From: a virus
Strand: one strand, 5' to 3'
DNA: 64,000 nucleotides
Virus record (IMG/VR): IMGVR_UViG_3300025645_004731
Coordinates: 1 to 64,000 of that record
Part shown: positions 1 to 10,332 of the stretch, in pieces
Position numbering within the stretch: position 1 is the stretch's first letter
Layout: each line of letters begins with the position of its first letter
Notes under the pieces: generated by a model
The model's input: only the letters and a program-made list of their open reading frames with translations
Told to the model about the DNA's origin: nothing
The model's database searches: none
Translations under genes and position numbers: made by a program

Positions 1-2
1 GG

Positions 3-224
3 AATGTTATTATGACCGTTGAAGAACTTGGATTAAAAAGTTGCTGTCTTAAAGCATTCAACCCGAAAGCATTGGCTATGATTGACGCAGAGTCAGATGA
101 TGTAATGACTGGATTCAAATGGGAACCGATTATTTTTCTATGTATTGGCGAGGGCGTTCAGCCTAAAGGCGATCACAGAGCGTACAAGCCTAAGGGAATT
201 GTTAACACTTTAAGTTTTCAATAA
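3..224 (+). CDS. Nitroreductase-family protein, C-terminal part (5' end outside window)
   Basis: Frame open from window edge; VEELGLKSCC...EPIIFLCIG resembles the nitroreductase C-terminus (A..LGL.S...LxIG). Confidence 0.55.
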   Translation, partial: NVIMTVEELGLKSCCLKAFNPKALAMIDAESDDVMTGFKWEPIIFLCIGEGVQPKGDHRAYKPKGIVNTLSFQ

Positions 225-804
225 TAGAATTTGCGAAGTCCCGGTGTGCTAACATGCCGGGATGACTGCCATCGTTTGCTCGTGGATGATTTAATTTGAA
301 CTGATTGAATGTCGTGGGAAGCATTACTGTGTTATTCCATGCTGGAGCAGTTGTTGGCTCTATCTGTAGATGATATCTATTTTTACTTAGTAAAAAGCTA
401 TCAACATGATTAATGCGAGTATACATATCCATTAGCATATCATAATCACTGTGTAGATACTCGAAGAACGCCCGATCTCGTTTAGTATTACCTCGATGAT
501 CTATTTGATAATCTGTACTCTCATCTTCGAAAAAGTGATAACGATCCATAAAACTCCAATGTATGAATATCAAATCGTTATACTTAAAATCGAAATTTAA
601 TACACTGTGCCATATATGCTTATTGCTGGCACCACCCAATCCCAGATTAATACATTCCATATCTAGTTTATCTGCCACTAATTGCGGCCAGGCATACTTA
701 CTAGGTTGAGGAAATATGCTGCGATTATTTGTATAATCCCATACATCATCGAGGGCTGTGCCTCTAGTGTAACTACACCCGAATGCTATTACTCTATTTG
801 TCAT
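202..804 (-). CDS. SGNH/GDSL hydrolase-like protein
   Basis: AFGCSYT (block I), NLGLGGASN, DGSHPG (block V); start moved to ATG 804 after GAGGA RBS. Confidence 0.75.
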   Translation of the reverse strand: MTNRVIAFGCSYTRGTALDDVWDYTNNRSIFPQPSKYAWPQLVADKLDMECINLGLGGASNKHIWHSVLNFDFKYNDLIFIHWSFMDRYHFFEDESTDYQIDHRGNTKRDRAFFEYLHSDYDMLMDMYTRINHVDSFLLSKNRYHLQIEPTTAPAWNNTVMLPTTFNQFKLNHPRANDGSHPGMLAHRDFANSIIENLKC

Positions 805-824
805 GTACGATATATCCTCTGTCA

Positions 825-831
825 ATAAATA
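825..831 (+). promoter_or_regulatory. T4-like late promoter (ATAAATA), with a divergent TTAAATA on the minus strand at 842-848
   Basis: Motif lies in the only divergent gap of the enzyme cluster. Confidence 0.5.
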
Positions 832-861
832 GTTATGTATGTATTTAACAAGGAAACAATA

Positions 862-1416
862 ATGCTAATATCAGGCAATAAAAATAAAGGATTAGCGCAG
901 AGTATATCCGCCATATATCCAGACGCGACATTTATCAGCCGCGAATCTGGTCATGACTTGTGTGATTTTTCACAGCAAAAACAATTTGCCAGAATAGCGA
1001 TTGAGCATGATGTAATCATTATCAATAGCGCACTATATCAGTTCGAACAAACTGTGCTACTAGATACAGTATATAAATCGCTGGTGGAGCATCAGAAACA
1101 GGCACATATAGTAGTCATCGGCAGCACTACCGATCGGGTAAAGAACGGCAAAGCCTGGTTATATAATGCGGAGAAGAAAGCGTTACGTGATTATTCAAAT
1201 ACTCTTGCTATCGGTGGAGTCTGGGGAGATCATGCTCCGAAGGTAAGTTATATAAGTTTTGGCACATTAAGCAACAACCAAGAAAAGCATCCAGACAGAA
1301 AATGTCTTGACATTACTGACGCAGCGTGTTATATTAAATGGATAATAGATCAACCAAAGCATCTTAATATAAATGAAATCAGTATAGATCCGATGCAGGC
1401 TAACAAGTGGTATTAA
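862..1416 (+). CDS. Short-chain dehydrogenase/reductase
   Basis: ISGNKNKGLA glycine-rich variant, IINSA, YNAEK (YxxxK); AAGGA RBS before ATG 862. Confidence 0.8.
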   Translation: MLISGNKNKGLAQSISAIYPDATFISRESGHDLCDFSQQKQFARIAIEHDVIIINSALYQFEQTVLLDTVYKSLVEHQKQAHIVVIGSTTDRVKNGKAWLYNAEKKALRDYSNTLAIGGVWGDHAPKVSYISFGTLSNNQEKHPDRKCLDITDAACYIKWIIDQPKHLNINEISIDPMQANKWY

Positions 1417-1420
1417 ATAA

Positions 1421-2533
1421 ATGACCGAAGATTTGAAATGGAGCAACTATGACTTTACTAAAATACCGTTTGACGATGTCGTATCGGTTGGACAGAGAAC
1501 TCTCCTTTACAGAGATATATTTACTGTTTCTTGGCTACTGGGTCGTTTTTGCAATTATAAGTGTAGTTACTGTTGGCCCTATGCACGGTCAGATAGAAAA
1601 GACCATCGTCCTACCGAGTTATGTCTCAGCACAATAGACGAAATAAAGAGACAAGCACGTGGTAATGGTTTTAATAGTTTTCATTTTAGTTTATCTGGCG
1701 GTGAGCCTACTTTTCACCCTGGTTATTTGGACATTCTTAAACATCTTGCGAATGATGTTGATAATACTAATTATACTAGCGTTCACATGACAACAAACAT
1801 GTCACGCAATATGAAGTGGCACAAAGAATACGTAGAAGCAGTTAAGCCGTTCCACCGAGCCAGTATCACAGCTAGTCTACACACAGAACACTTAAATACA
1901 ATTGAGAAGATGCAAGACTTTGCCGATAAATTAATCTTCTGTCAGGAGCACGATGTACAGGTTACAATCAATATGGTTATGGTTCCAAACTGGTTCGAAA
2001 GAGACTGGGAAAACGCCCTGTTCTTCCACGAGCAAGGAATCAACGTCACACTCAAGCCGCAATCAGATCCTACTGCGAGCCGTGTGGTCGATGGTTACAA
2101 AGAGGAAGACTTAAAACGTTTACACAACGGTATGCCACAACGTGCGTACACAGAAAGTAAACGCAAATGGGAAGGTCGACCTAAGCCAAGTTTTCTAATA
2201 CCTACTGGGGTAAATGGAAAAAATGACGCAAGTGTGCCTTGGCATATGCAGATTGAGTTTGAGGACAAGGATGGTAAAAAATGGTACATGGACCAGGCTG
2301 AGAGATTCAATGCTTTCAACTTCAACAACTTTAAAGGCTGGAGTTGTAATTCAGGATATCAAGGAATTATTATTAGAGAGCCTGATGGAAGCATCAAGCG
2401 TAGTTACAGTTGTGCGGATGTACCGCTCGGCAACATAGAAACAGGCTTTAAGTTGTTTGACAAGCCTATGCCATGTATAAGTAATGCATGTGTAAGTAGC
2501 GCAGATAGTAAGATACCCAAACGCAAGATTTAG
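1421..2533 (+). CDS. Radical SAM protein with Cys-containing (twitch/SPASM-like) C-terminus
   Basis: CNYKCSYC, SGGEPT, C-terminal CNSG...DGSI...C...LGNI...C..C. Confidence 0.9.
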   Translation: MTEDLKWSNYDFTKIPFDDVVSVGQRTLLYRDIFTVSWLLGRFCNYKCSYCWPYARSDRKDHRPTELCLSTIDEIKRQARGNGFNSFHFSLSGGEPTFHPGYLDILKHLANDVDNTNYTSVHMTTNMSRNMKWHKEYVEAVKPFHRASITASLHTEHLNTIEKMQDFADKLIFCQEHDVQVTINMVMVPNWFERDWENALFFHEQGINVTLKPQSDPTASRVVDGYKEEDLKRLHNGMPQRAYTESKRKWEGRPKPSFLIPTGVNGKNDASVPWHMQIEFEDKDGKKWYMDQAERFNAFNFNNFKGWSCNSGYQGIIIREPDGSIKRSYSCADVPLGNIETGFKLFDKPMPCISNACVSSADSKIPKRKI

Positions 2534-2557
2534 TTTGGAACGATATGGAGAAATAAT

Positions 2558-3172
2558 ATGGTATTACCACATGAATATATTAAAACTAGCATAGATACAA
2601 GCCAACATTGTCAGCGTAATTGGGATTTGTCAAAATCTGTTACACAAGAAGATTTAGATTTGATGATCCATGCGGCAACGCAGTGTCCAAGTAAGCAAAA
2701 TTTTTCATATTATCGTGTTCATGTTATTACTAATCGCTCAATTATCGAGACTATACATGATTCTACAAGTGGATATATTACGGCAGACGATAAAATGTTA
2801 ACAAACAGCCAGTGTCTGGCAAATGTCTTATTTGCATTCGAAATTGTAGGACCTAGTGATAATAGCAAATCTCATAACAAGAGAACAGAAAATGGAAATA
2901 ATAATCTGATTAGCAGAGATTCGCTTATGGCGATAAGTATTGCTACTGGATATTTAAACTTAACAGCACATATGCTAGGATACTATACGGGATATTGTCA
3001 ATGTTTTGGTAGAGATACAGTGAGTGAAATATTAAATTCAGGCAATATAGAGATATTACTGGGCGTTGGACATAACAATCCAAATTTAGATAGAAAAATA
3101 CATCACTTAACCAGCGATGATGTGTACGCATCATTTACAAAAGAAGTTACTGATGTGATATATTATAAATGA
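2558..3172 (+). CDS. Nitroreductase-family protein
   Basis: CQRNWD, AATQCPSKQN, AHMLGYYTGYC, LLGVG. Confidence 0.8.
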   Translation: MVLPHEYIKTSIDTSQHCQRNWDLSKSVTQEDLDLMIHAATQCPSKQNFSYYRVHVITNRSIIETIHDSTSGYITADDKMLTNSQCLANVLFAFEIVGPSDNSKSHNKRTENGNNNLISRDSLMAISIATGYLNLTAHMLGYYTGYCQCFGRDTVSEILNSGNIEILLGVGHNNPNLDRKIHHLTSDDVYASFTKEVTDVIYYK

Positions 3173-3753
3173 GAAATACTACAGATTTTATTCAACTTGA
3201 TTATCCAACATATGATTTGGAGAGTGAGTTAAACTCATTGCTGAAGAGTGGTGTAATATCTTGGAATACTTATAATGGGCAGATTTGTATTAATGGCGTA
3301 GAAGATGATCCGGATAATCAATCAATTGGATGCGGTAGTTTATATTATGATTGGGACAATTCTTACTACGACGATACTGACAATCTTGTAATACCAAAAA
3401 AGAACATCGTCTATAATGAAGATGATTTTGTAGTATTGAACTCAAATTTTCGTGGTACATTGTTTGAAGATGTGCATAATATGTTAAAAGAAAAACATAA
3501 AATAGGACGGATGCGAGTGATGAAATCCAAGATGAAAACTTGTTTGACGTGGCATAACGATAGCTCTACTAGAATACACTATCCTATCAAGACACAAGAA
3601 GGATGCTTGATGATAATTGAAGATCAGGCATTTCACATGCCGGTTAACACATGGTGGCACACTGATACTACAAAGAAGCACACGGCATTAAATGGTAGTA
3701 CCATCGATAGAATTCATCTTGTTACTTGTATGATCGACGAATATAATGAATAA
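3169..3753 (+). CDS. Asp/Asn beta-hydroxylase-like 2OG-Fe(II) oxygenase
   Basis: WHND...RIHYP...HTALN...RIHLV (HxD...H...R). Confidence 0.75.
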   Translation: MRNTTDFIQLDYPTYDLESELNSLLKSGVISWNTYNGQICINGVEDDPDNQSIGCGSLYYDWDNSYYDDTDNLVIPKKNIVYNEDDFVVLNSNFRGTLFEDVHNMLKEKHKIGRMRVMKSKMKTCLTWHNDSSTRIHYPIKTQEGCLMIIEDQAFHMPVNTWWHTDTTKKHTALNGSTIDRIHLVTCMIDEYNE

Positions 3754-4303
3754 AATTGCGTTAACAGGACATACCTCTGGCCTAGGTCTAGCTATTCACA
3801 CTCAATATCCAATGGCTGTTGGGTTCTCTCGTTCTAATAACTATGACTTACTTAATTCAGATAACATTACTAAGATGTTAGAACAAATTGATGACTGTAA
3901 TATTTTTATCAATAACGCATTCCCTGCGCTCGCCGCAGATAAAGTCGAGGGCATGAGCACACAGCTTGATATATTGTATAAAGTATATCAACTCTGGGAG
4001 CAAGAGAACGATAAGTTAATAATCAACTTAGGATCAAATACTAGTGATGGTATAAAGAAACATATTTGGCCTTATGCTGCTTCAAAAGCTGCTAGTGATA
4101 AGGCATGTGAGCAATTGTCATATATCACATCAGGACCATCGGTTTGCAATTTGCGCTTTGGGTACATTGATATGCCGCATGTCAATGCGTTTGCTCCCAA
4201 TGAAAAGAAATTACCACTAACTACTGCCCTGGCTACAATACAACATATAATTGACTCCTGGCACCAGGGCGCAACAGTGAGAGAGATTACAGTAATACCT
4301 TAA
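3746..4303 (+). CDS. Short-chain dehydrogenase/reductase
   Basis: TGHTSGLG, FINNA, YAASK. Confidence 0.85.
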   Translation: MNKIALTGHTSGLGLAIHTQYPMAVGFSRSNNYDLLNSDNITKMLEQIDDCNIFINNAFPALAADKVEGMSTQLDILYKVYQLWEQENDKLIINLGSNTSDGIKKHIWPYAASKAASDKACEQLSYITSGPSVCNLRFGYIDMPHVNAFAPNEKKLPLTTALATIQHIIDSWHQGATVREITVIP

Positions 4304-4956
4304 TAAGATATCTTATGCTTCTGTATATTGATTTCAATATTTTCGATTGATTCAGTAAAATGTATCGTACATCCGATTTTAGGACCATTCATACGTCCTG
4401 TCGCATGTAACATATCAGCATCAAATAACAAACCTTTTCCTACGGTATACTTCCACGCATATCCTGTTAACCCGTGATATAAATCTTTTGAATACGGCAA
4501 GTATTTGAATAGTTCATCGGAAATTGGGTGGTCTGTGCATCCTTTTACTTCTGGCGAATCGCATGGTCTGCATCGTAAGGATTTGTCATAATACATATCT
4601 TTTAGTTCTTCGTCAGTTTTGTCTGAGAATATATCATGTATCCAACTCATGCCCACATCACTGTCGAGTCTTTGATCAAAAATAACAAACGTCTGATCTG
4701 GATTGTGTGATTCGATAGGGATTAATAGGATAGTCTTCTTGCCTGTCTTCATATCACTATGTACAGCAAACGGGTTAGCATGATTAAATAAGCTACCAAC
4801 AACAACGGTTGATGGGTCGATAAATTCACTGATAATATCTTTAATATCTTCTTTGTCTTCAATGACTGAAACATTTTTCATTGTGTTTTTGTTACCACTT
4901 TGTGATAGCTGTGTAAACTTATCAATGACGGATTGTGTTAAATCTATTTCAAACAT
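4300..4956 (-). CDS. Putative 2OG-Fe(II)/cupin oxygenase
   Basis: VHSD...LHAT; paralogous to the next gene (RPCD, LPY...HGL.G..W...GK.L.F shared). Confidence 0.55.
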   Translation of the reverse strand: MFEIDLTQSVIDKFTQLSQSGNKNTMKNVSVIEDKEDIKDIISEFIDPSTVVVGSLFNHANPFAVHSDMKTGKKTILLIPIESHNPDQTFVIFDQRLDSDVGMSWIHDIFSDKTDEELKDMYYDKSLRCRPCDSPEVKGCTDHPISDELFKYLPYSKDLYHGLTGYAWKYTVGKGLLFDADMLHATGRMNGPKIGCTIHFTESIENIEINIQKHKISY

Positions 4957-5643
4957 TTATATTTCCTTTGTATTAATTGATTGCAATGATGACATAAGAA
5001 CAACACATCCAACCTTAAATTCAGATTGCATAGCAGTACAGTGTAGTTGACTGGACTTAAACATTAATGCTTTGCCCGGCTGTTGATCCCATGTAATGCC
5101 ACTCAGGCCATGATAGAAATCTTCATTGCCGTATGGTAATAATTTTCTAATATGATCCGGAATATCATGCTCGGTTAACCCACTCACATCTTTTGTATCA
5201 CATGGACGTATGCCCGTCAGTACGTCAGACGCCAAGTGATCATTATCTGAGACAGACTTCTGTACTTCATCTGGCACTGCCGGCTTGTGTCTGATATGAT
5301 CTACTCCCTCTAGGCGCCAACTTAGACCGTATTGTTCAAACTGTTGGTCGAAAACTATCAGTGATTGGTTAACGTCTTGCTTTTTATGAAGAGGAACACA
5401 CATGTTATATACACTATCTCTTTTCCACCGATCTACGTGTAATGGAATAGGCTGTGTATGTGCGTATATGTAAGCAGTTTTCATAATGGATGTGTCTAAA
5501 TAGTCACCGAATGCCCGCTCACGTAATTCCTCATCGACGTTCATGTAAAATGGATCAGGATCTGTTGTGATGTCAACATACTGTGAAACGTGATTCAGTA
5601 GAACTTGTATAGAACTGTCTTTTATGTCAATCTCAAATGCCAT
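4957..5643 (-). CDS. Putative 2OG-Fe(II)/cupin oxygenase
   Basis: PLHVD...LHCT; paralog of 4300-4956. Confidence 0.55.
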   Translation of the reverse strand: MAFEIDIKDSSIQVLLNHVSQYVDITTDPDPFYMNVDEELRERAFGDYLDTSIMKTAYIYAHTQPIPLHVDRWKRDSVYNMCVPLHKKQDVNQSLIVFDQQFEQYGLSWRLEGVDHIRHKPAVPDEVQKSVSDNDHLASDVLTGIRPCDTKDVSGLTEHDIPDHIRKLLPYGNEDFYHGLSGITWDQQPGKALMFKSSQLHCTAMQSEFKVGCVVLMSSLQSINTKEI

Positions 5644-6259
5644 CGAAAGTTAAATCTTCCTGTCCATCCAGACTAAACATTAATGCGATACGCGGAGAGT
5701 TACTATTGTTTTCGACCGAGTGAGCAAACCCTGTATTTAAAAAATATGCTTTTCCTGCTTCTAGATTATGGTCTTCTAAGTCGTCCTTGCGTTTAAAAAG
5801 ATTTCTAACTTTTGAATTAGTATAAATTGGAACAATAATTCTAGTGGCATATGTTGGATCATAATCAATATGGAAAGGAATAACTTTTCCAGGTGCTAGT
5901 TTTGTGATACGTACTCGCATTGCCGATGCGCTAAACATATTTACAATTTCTTCGAAATACGATCCCGTGTACAATTCCGTTGGTTTATTGTATCTAGTTT
6001 CCTCACGACGACGAATGCGTTCCTTGACATCGGTAGTGTACTCTAGTTCTTCGCCATTTAGTTCGGTTAAGTTAATTTGTTCAAAGTTGTCGTATACATC
6101 CTTTACGAGTTCCATGTGGTTCTTACATAGCGCTGGATTTGCTGACACAACATCGATAAAGCTAGACGCCGCGGCATCGCATTCGGATTGTAATCTTTCT
6201 AAGTCGAATGTTAAATCAAACTTATGTATACAAGGTAGTTGATGCTTTCTTCTTTTCAT
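5633..6259 (-). CDS. Asp/Asn beta-hydroxylase-like 2OG-Fe(II) oxygenase
   Basis: LAPG..IPFHID...HSVEN...RIALM; GGAG RBS before ATG 6259. Confidence 0.8.
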   Translation of the reverse strand: MKRRKHQLPCIHKFDLTFDLERLQSECDAAASSFIDVVSANPALCKNHMELVKDVYDNFEQINLTELNGEELEYTTDVKERIRRREETRYNKPTELYTGSYFEEIVNMFSASAMRVRITKLAPGKVIPFHIDYDPTYATRIIVPIYTNSKVRNLFKRKDDLEDHNLEAGKAYFLNTGFAHSVENNSNSPRIALMFSLDGQEDLTFDGI

Positions 6260-6863
6260 AGTATTCTCCAATTTCTGTTAGATCGATGCCAGCTTCTAGC
6301 ATCTTGTCTTCATAGTTAATTATATCTGATAGCTTGTGGAATTTTGAAAATGGAAAATCTAAATCTTCGTAGTAGATGACATTTCCTTCTACAGTATCAA
6401 GTTGGTCTTTAATATAAAAAAATTGATCTAAAGATTTTTTTAAATCAATTTTCGTGTTAATATTTATAGTCCTAGCCGCGGAGACATCCATTATGCCGGC
6501 AGTCTTCCAGTTTGCCAATTCTTGCCACATAAAACTAAGAGCCCATTTCCAGATGCCTCTGCGTTTAAGAACAAGAATCTCGTCGTTTTCGTAAAAATCC
6601 TTAAACCAGTTGTTATAGTAATCATAATCCGGAGTAATCAGATAATTGATATGGTGCTTGAACGTATAGTTAATGCCTTTTTTCTTTTCAAGATTTAAAA
6701 AGTCAATTTTTTCCGAAAGGCTAGTTTCGGGCATAATATCTGGATTTAAGAACTCTGCCTTTTGATGAGGTTTTCTAACTGATGGATCGTTTAAGTTTTC
6801 GATGTCGATATGTTCATACACATACGAACTGCCTGTTCTCGGGCCGCCTATTAATACTTTCAT
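6222..6863 (-). CDS. Sulfotransferase-like P-loop protein
   Basis: GGPRTGSS (PAPS-binding loop), LKRR...ALS, IYYEDL. Confidence 0.65.
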   Translation of the reverse strand: MKVLIGGPRTGSSYVYEHIDIENLNDPSVRKPHQKAEFLNPDIMPETSLSEKIDFLNLEKKKGINYTFKHHINYLITPDYDYYNNWFKDFYENDEILVLKRRGIWKWALSFMWQELANWKTAGIMDVSAARTININTKIDLKKSLDQFFYIKDQLDTVEGNVIYYEDLDFPFSKFHKLSDIINYEDKMLEAGIDLTEIGEYYEKKKASTTLYT

Positions 6864-7462
6864 GTTATTTCGTCTGAACTTATAATCAAGTCTGAGTTAG
6901 GTTTCCATATAAAATCTGGATCATTCAATCTGATACTATACACGTACTGTACAATAGGTCCAGTCTTAAATAGAAAATCTGTTTCAAGTTGGAGACTAGT
7001 GTACCACTCACTATCGGTCCACTCATTAAAACTTTTGACTGTCATTTTCTTTTTTCGTTGATATAATGCGTTGATGGCACGTTTTGTAATATCATGTGTG
7101 ATATACAGAATTTCGAAGCCTCGTTGTCTTGCCCACTTGAGTTGATGTTCGCCCATTCTTAATCCACAATGTGTGAATCTATATTCCTTGAGAATGTGAT
7201 ATCGACAAATTCGGACAGCAATATCAGGATCGTTTGTATAATGAGAAGCCTCTGCCGCGGAGATTGAAATAAGTTTATCTCCTATGAAGCACATCCAGGT
7301 TTCAATATTCTTATCATCCGGATCATATGACCGTGCGCTGTATTTTTTAAGACTGTCATTGCCTTCTTCGATACTTTTCTTTGCGAAATCCCATATTAAC
7401 TCACGATATGCGTCTGGATCTTCGCTGTATTTACAGATCGAAATGTTCGGTTGTGATTGCAT
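6860..7462 (-). CDS. GNAT-like acyltransferase
   Basis: RYHILKEYRFTHCG...WARQRG...INALYQR resembles GNAT motifs A/B. Confidence 0.55.
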   Translation of the reverse strand: MQSQPNISICKYSEDPDAYRELIWDFAKKSIEEGNDSLKKYSARSYDPDDKNIETWMCFIGDKLISISAAEASHYTNDPDIAVRICRYHILKEYRFTHCGLRMGEHQLKWARQRGFEILYITHDITKRAINALYQRKKKMTVKSFNEWTDSEWYTSLQLETDFLFKTGPIVQYVYSIRLNDPDFIWKPNSDLIISSDEIT

Positions 7463-8225
7463 ATTCTTTGTACCTATTCCAGCTTTTTTCTAATAATTTA
7501 TGCCATTTTGGCATATCATATACGCCATGTACGACAAGTTGAACTCTATCTCGCATATCAAATCCACGATTGACACCATGCTCATATACCGCACCGTCGT
7601 ATGCGAAAGCATTTGTTTCAGGCGGCAGCATTGGATATACTTGTGTCGCGTCACTATTTTTTGTCATATAAAAGTGCTCTTCGCGCCAGTCTGTCACCTT
7701 ACTCCATCTAAAATGTAAGTGACTGGGCGCTTGAAGTTTAAGTACTTCTGCCATACCCAACTCTTCATCATAGTGAGCAGGGATAGCAGAGGGAGCTTGG
7801 ACAAAAAACGCTTGGTGTATTGTTTCAAAAGGTAAATTCTCAATGTAGTCAACAACATGTCCAAGTTCTTCTTTGGCAAAATCAAACCAGTCGGGGTGCT
7901 CTCCTGCCATTCCACATTGGTTTGGCTTTAGAAATATAAGTGAGCCGGTATTCTTTGTTACATAAAAGTTCTTCTGAAGATCGGGATCTTCGGCCAATGT
8001 CGCTATCTGGTCCATATCTATATCCAATATAGGAAGATCAATCGGAGACCATACCATATCTCTGTATCCTGTATATTCTTCGTCGATAGACAAATATTCA
8101 TATGTGGGCCGATCAATTTTTACCGCACAGCCCGGATCATCGTTTAGATAACGACGGATGGGTATACCATCTTCATTGAATTTAATATCATTTTTCTTAA
8201 TATGATAGTTAGCTGTATTGAACAT
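7431..8225 (-). CDS. Putative 2OG-Fe(II) oxygenase
   Basis: IPAHYD...YEHGV...RVQL. Confidence 0.55.
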   Translation of the reverse strand: MFNTANYHIKKNDIKFNEDGIPIRRYLNDDPGCAVKIDRPTYEYLSIDEEYTGYRDMVWSPIDLPILDIDMDQIATLAEDPDLQKNFYVTKNTGSLIFLKPNQCGMAGEHPDWFDFAKEELGHVVDYIENLPFETIHQAFFVQAPSAIPAHYDEELGMAEVLKLQAPSHLHFRWSKVTDWREEHFYMTKNSDATQVYPMLPPETNAFAYDGAVYEHGVNRGFDMRDRVQLVVHGVYDMPKWHKLLEKSWNRYKEYAITTEHFDL

Positions 8226-8763
8226 CCAGTATAGTCCTTTTCTTACATGGTATATCTAGCGATAGATGATGTATTATATGCGTATATTTATCAGTAAAAT
8301 ATTGTAAGTTTGTGTATTCAAAGTCTTCAATGTTGTCATCGCTTACTTCGTGAATAATAGCTCTCTTGGGCTGATAAAAATAGCATATATCCTCGAACAG
8401 TTTTTTAGGATCATCTACATATATTAATACGCTACTGAATAATACAACATCTACTTTAAAGTTCGGAGTATATAAATTTTCCCATGATCTGACATCGAAC
8501 TTCTTACTAGGATATAGTTTCTTTGCTAATTCGATTGGACCAGGACTAGTATCGATCCCGTAGTAATTGTATGTATAATCTTTCAAATAATTGTTGATTG
8601 TTCCTGTACGGCATCCTATGTCAACAATACCTGTTAGCTGATGCTTGCGTATTAATGATGCCTGATAACTATATATCGGCGCAGCGCCGTCACCGTCCAG
8701 ATATGACATTTCTGATATATCATATATTTCACGTAGGTGTGATTTGCTGATAGTCACAGGCAA
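8209..8763 (-). CDS. Class I SAM-dependent methyltransferase
   Basis: VDIGCRTG, GIDTS, DVVLFSSVLIYV. Confidence 0.85.
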   Translation of the reverse strand: MPVTISKSHLREIYDISEMSYLDGDGAAPIYSYQASLIRKHQLTGIVDIGCRTGTINNYLKDYTYNYYGIDTSPGPIELAKKLYPSKKFDVRSWENLYTPNFKVDVVLFSSVLIYVDDPKKLFEDICYFYQPKRAIIHEVSDDNIEDFEYTNLQYFTDKYTHIIHHLSLDIPCKKRTILDVQYS

Positions 8764-9541
8764 TTCTCCATAACAATCTATTCGGATCGGAGACCGGAGT
8801 ACGTCTATGTAGTGTCGTGAATTGATCCATCAATAACAAATCGCCTTGCTTAAATATGTGGTGGTACTGGTACTTAGATTTAAATATAATATTTTGTAAT
8901 GACTGAATCATAACTTCATGATCAATTACTTGCTTGCCTTGCCATGCTTTTGAAATGAAATGATAAGGAAAATAGAAATACTCCTGTCCAGATACTGGAT
9001 GTTCGCCGACTAACGATCTAATTGAGCCTTTATTTTTTGACATAAACTCAAGTTCTGGGTCATCTTCTTCGAGATGATACATTGTATTGTTTTTAAACTT
9101 GATACGAATCTTAATGCTACGCCAATAATCTTGTTCTTCATTACTTAATGTTTCAAATGGTATAGCAGTATTACAAACGCTTAGAGTTGTATTAATATCT
9201 TCATTTATGCAGTATAGCCCAATAAGTATCTTATCTATGTTATGTCTACTATTGCCATTGCTGTGCCATCCTAGCTCAGTATCGCCGAACATACCTATCT
9301 TATTGCCCTTATCGTCACGTTTCGCCGTTACCAGAAATATCTCTGGATAATCTGTTGGGTTCATGAAAAGGTCTGGTTTTTCGCATTCTCCGAAACGTTT
9401 CATGGTCGAAATGTAAGTTTCTTCGGACAATGATTGGTCATAGCCTACTGCAATACCAACTTTTTGTATATCAGATGCTAGTTCCTTGAGTTCCGTGTCG
9501 TTATATTCAGATATTGATTTTGATAATATTTTTGGTATCAT
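8729..9541 (-). CDS. TauD/TfdA-family dioxygenase
   Basis: GWHSNG, HPVSG, GDLLLMDQFTTLHRR, RLLWR. Confidence 0.85.
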   Translation of the reverse strand: MIPKILSKSISEYNDTELKELASDIQKVGIAVGYDQSLSEETYISTMKRFGECEKPDLFMNPTDYPEIFLVTAKRDDKGNKIGMFGDTELGWHSNGNSRHNIDKILIGLYCINEDINTTLSVCNTAIPFETLSNEEQDYWRSIKIRIKFKNNTMYHLEEDDPELEFMSKNKGSIRSLVGEHPVSGQEYFYFPYHFISKAWQGKQVIDHEVMIQSLQNIIFKSKYQYHHIFKQGDLLLMDQFTTLHRRTPVSDPNRLLWRIACDYQQITPT

Positions 9542-9555
9542 TACTTACTTTCCTA

Positions 9556-10332
9556 TTATTGCTGATACATATACTTGATTATATCTGCTAGACATAATCT
9601 ATTAGTATAGTTTCGGTAGAATTTTTTATATTCTGGGTCATCGGATGTTGCTAGCCATAGTACATCAGACGGTGTCATATTTAACTGATTGCATATTTCG
9701 CCCTGGTACTTGTTTAGTGTGTTATATACTATTTCGGTGTCGAAATGTTCAATAATTGTTTCTCCTAACCTCATACTGTGATAGTTATAATATTTTGCGC
9801 TATTTTGTAATAAATCAAGACGAAAATCTGGCTCTCTTGTCCAACAGTATCCAATTCTATAATTTCTTAATCCAAATGTTTTGCTTAAACTAAAGAACAC
9901 GCGTTCCACATTATCTGGTATCATGATATTGCGCATTGGTGTACTGCCGACATATGCCAGGTCCAGTACTACTGGAATATCAACAGGTATATCAACATAA
10001 TTGCCGTCGTAGCTTGCTGGGTTACTTAGATACAACACCTCGCCATCTTCTTTGCCACTTACCCATTGATAATCATCAGTTGCCATTTTAATTGTACGTT
10101 TTTCTTGCCACATCCAGTAATTCATTGCCTCGGTAATACCATTAGTGGCATAAAGATGCTCGAATGAGGATAGATCACATATTGGAGCAATCCATTCGGT
10201 GATATCACTAGTAAACTTCTTAACTTCGTCGTGTTGAATAAGAGTATGTTTGCTGACTACATCTTGGACTGGCGCAATTGGAAATGTTCTGATTGCTAGA
10301 CTTTGATTGAGGATAATATCTTTGAAATCCAT
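9556..10332 (-). CDS. PLP-dependent aminotransferase class I/II-like enzyme
   Basis: NGITEA, LSNP, LDLAY, SLSKTFGL...RIG. Confidence 0.85.
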   Translation of the reverse strand: MDFKDIILNQSLAIRTFPIAPVQDVVSKHTLIQHDEVKKFTSDITEWIAPICDLSSFEHLYATNGITEAMNYWMWQEKRTIKMATDDYQWVSGKEDGEVLYLSNPASYDGNYVDIPVDIPVVLDLAYVGSTPMRNIMIPDNVERVFFSLSKTFGLRNYRIGYCWTREPDFRLDLLQNSAKYYNYHSMRLGETIIEHFDTEIVYNTLNKYQGEICNQLNMTPSDVLWLATSDDPEYKKFYRNYTNRLCLADIIKYMYQQ

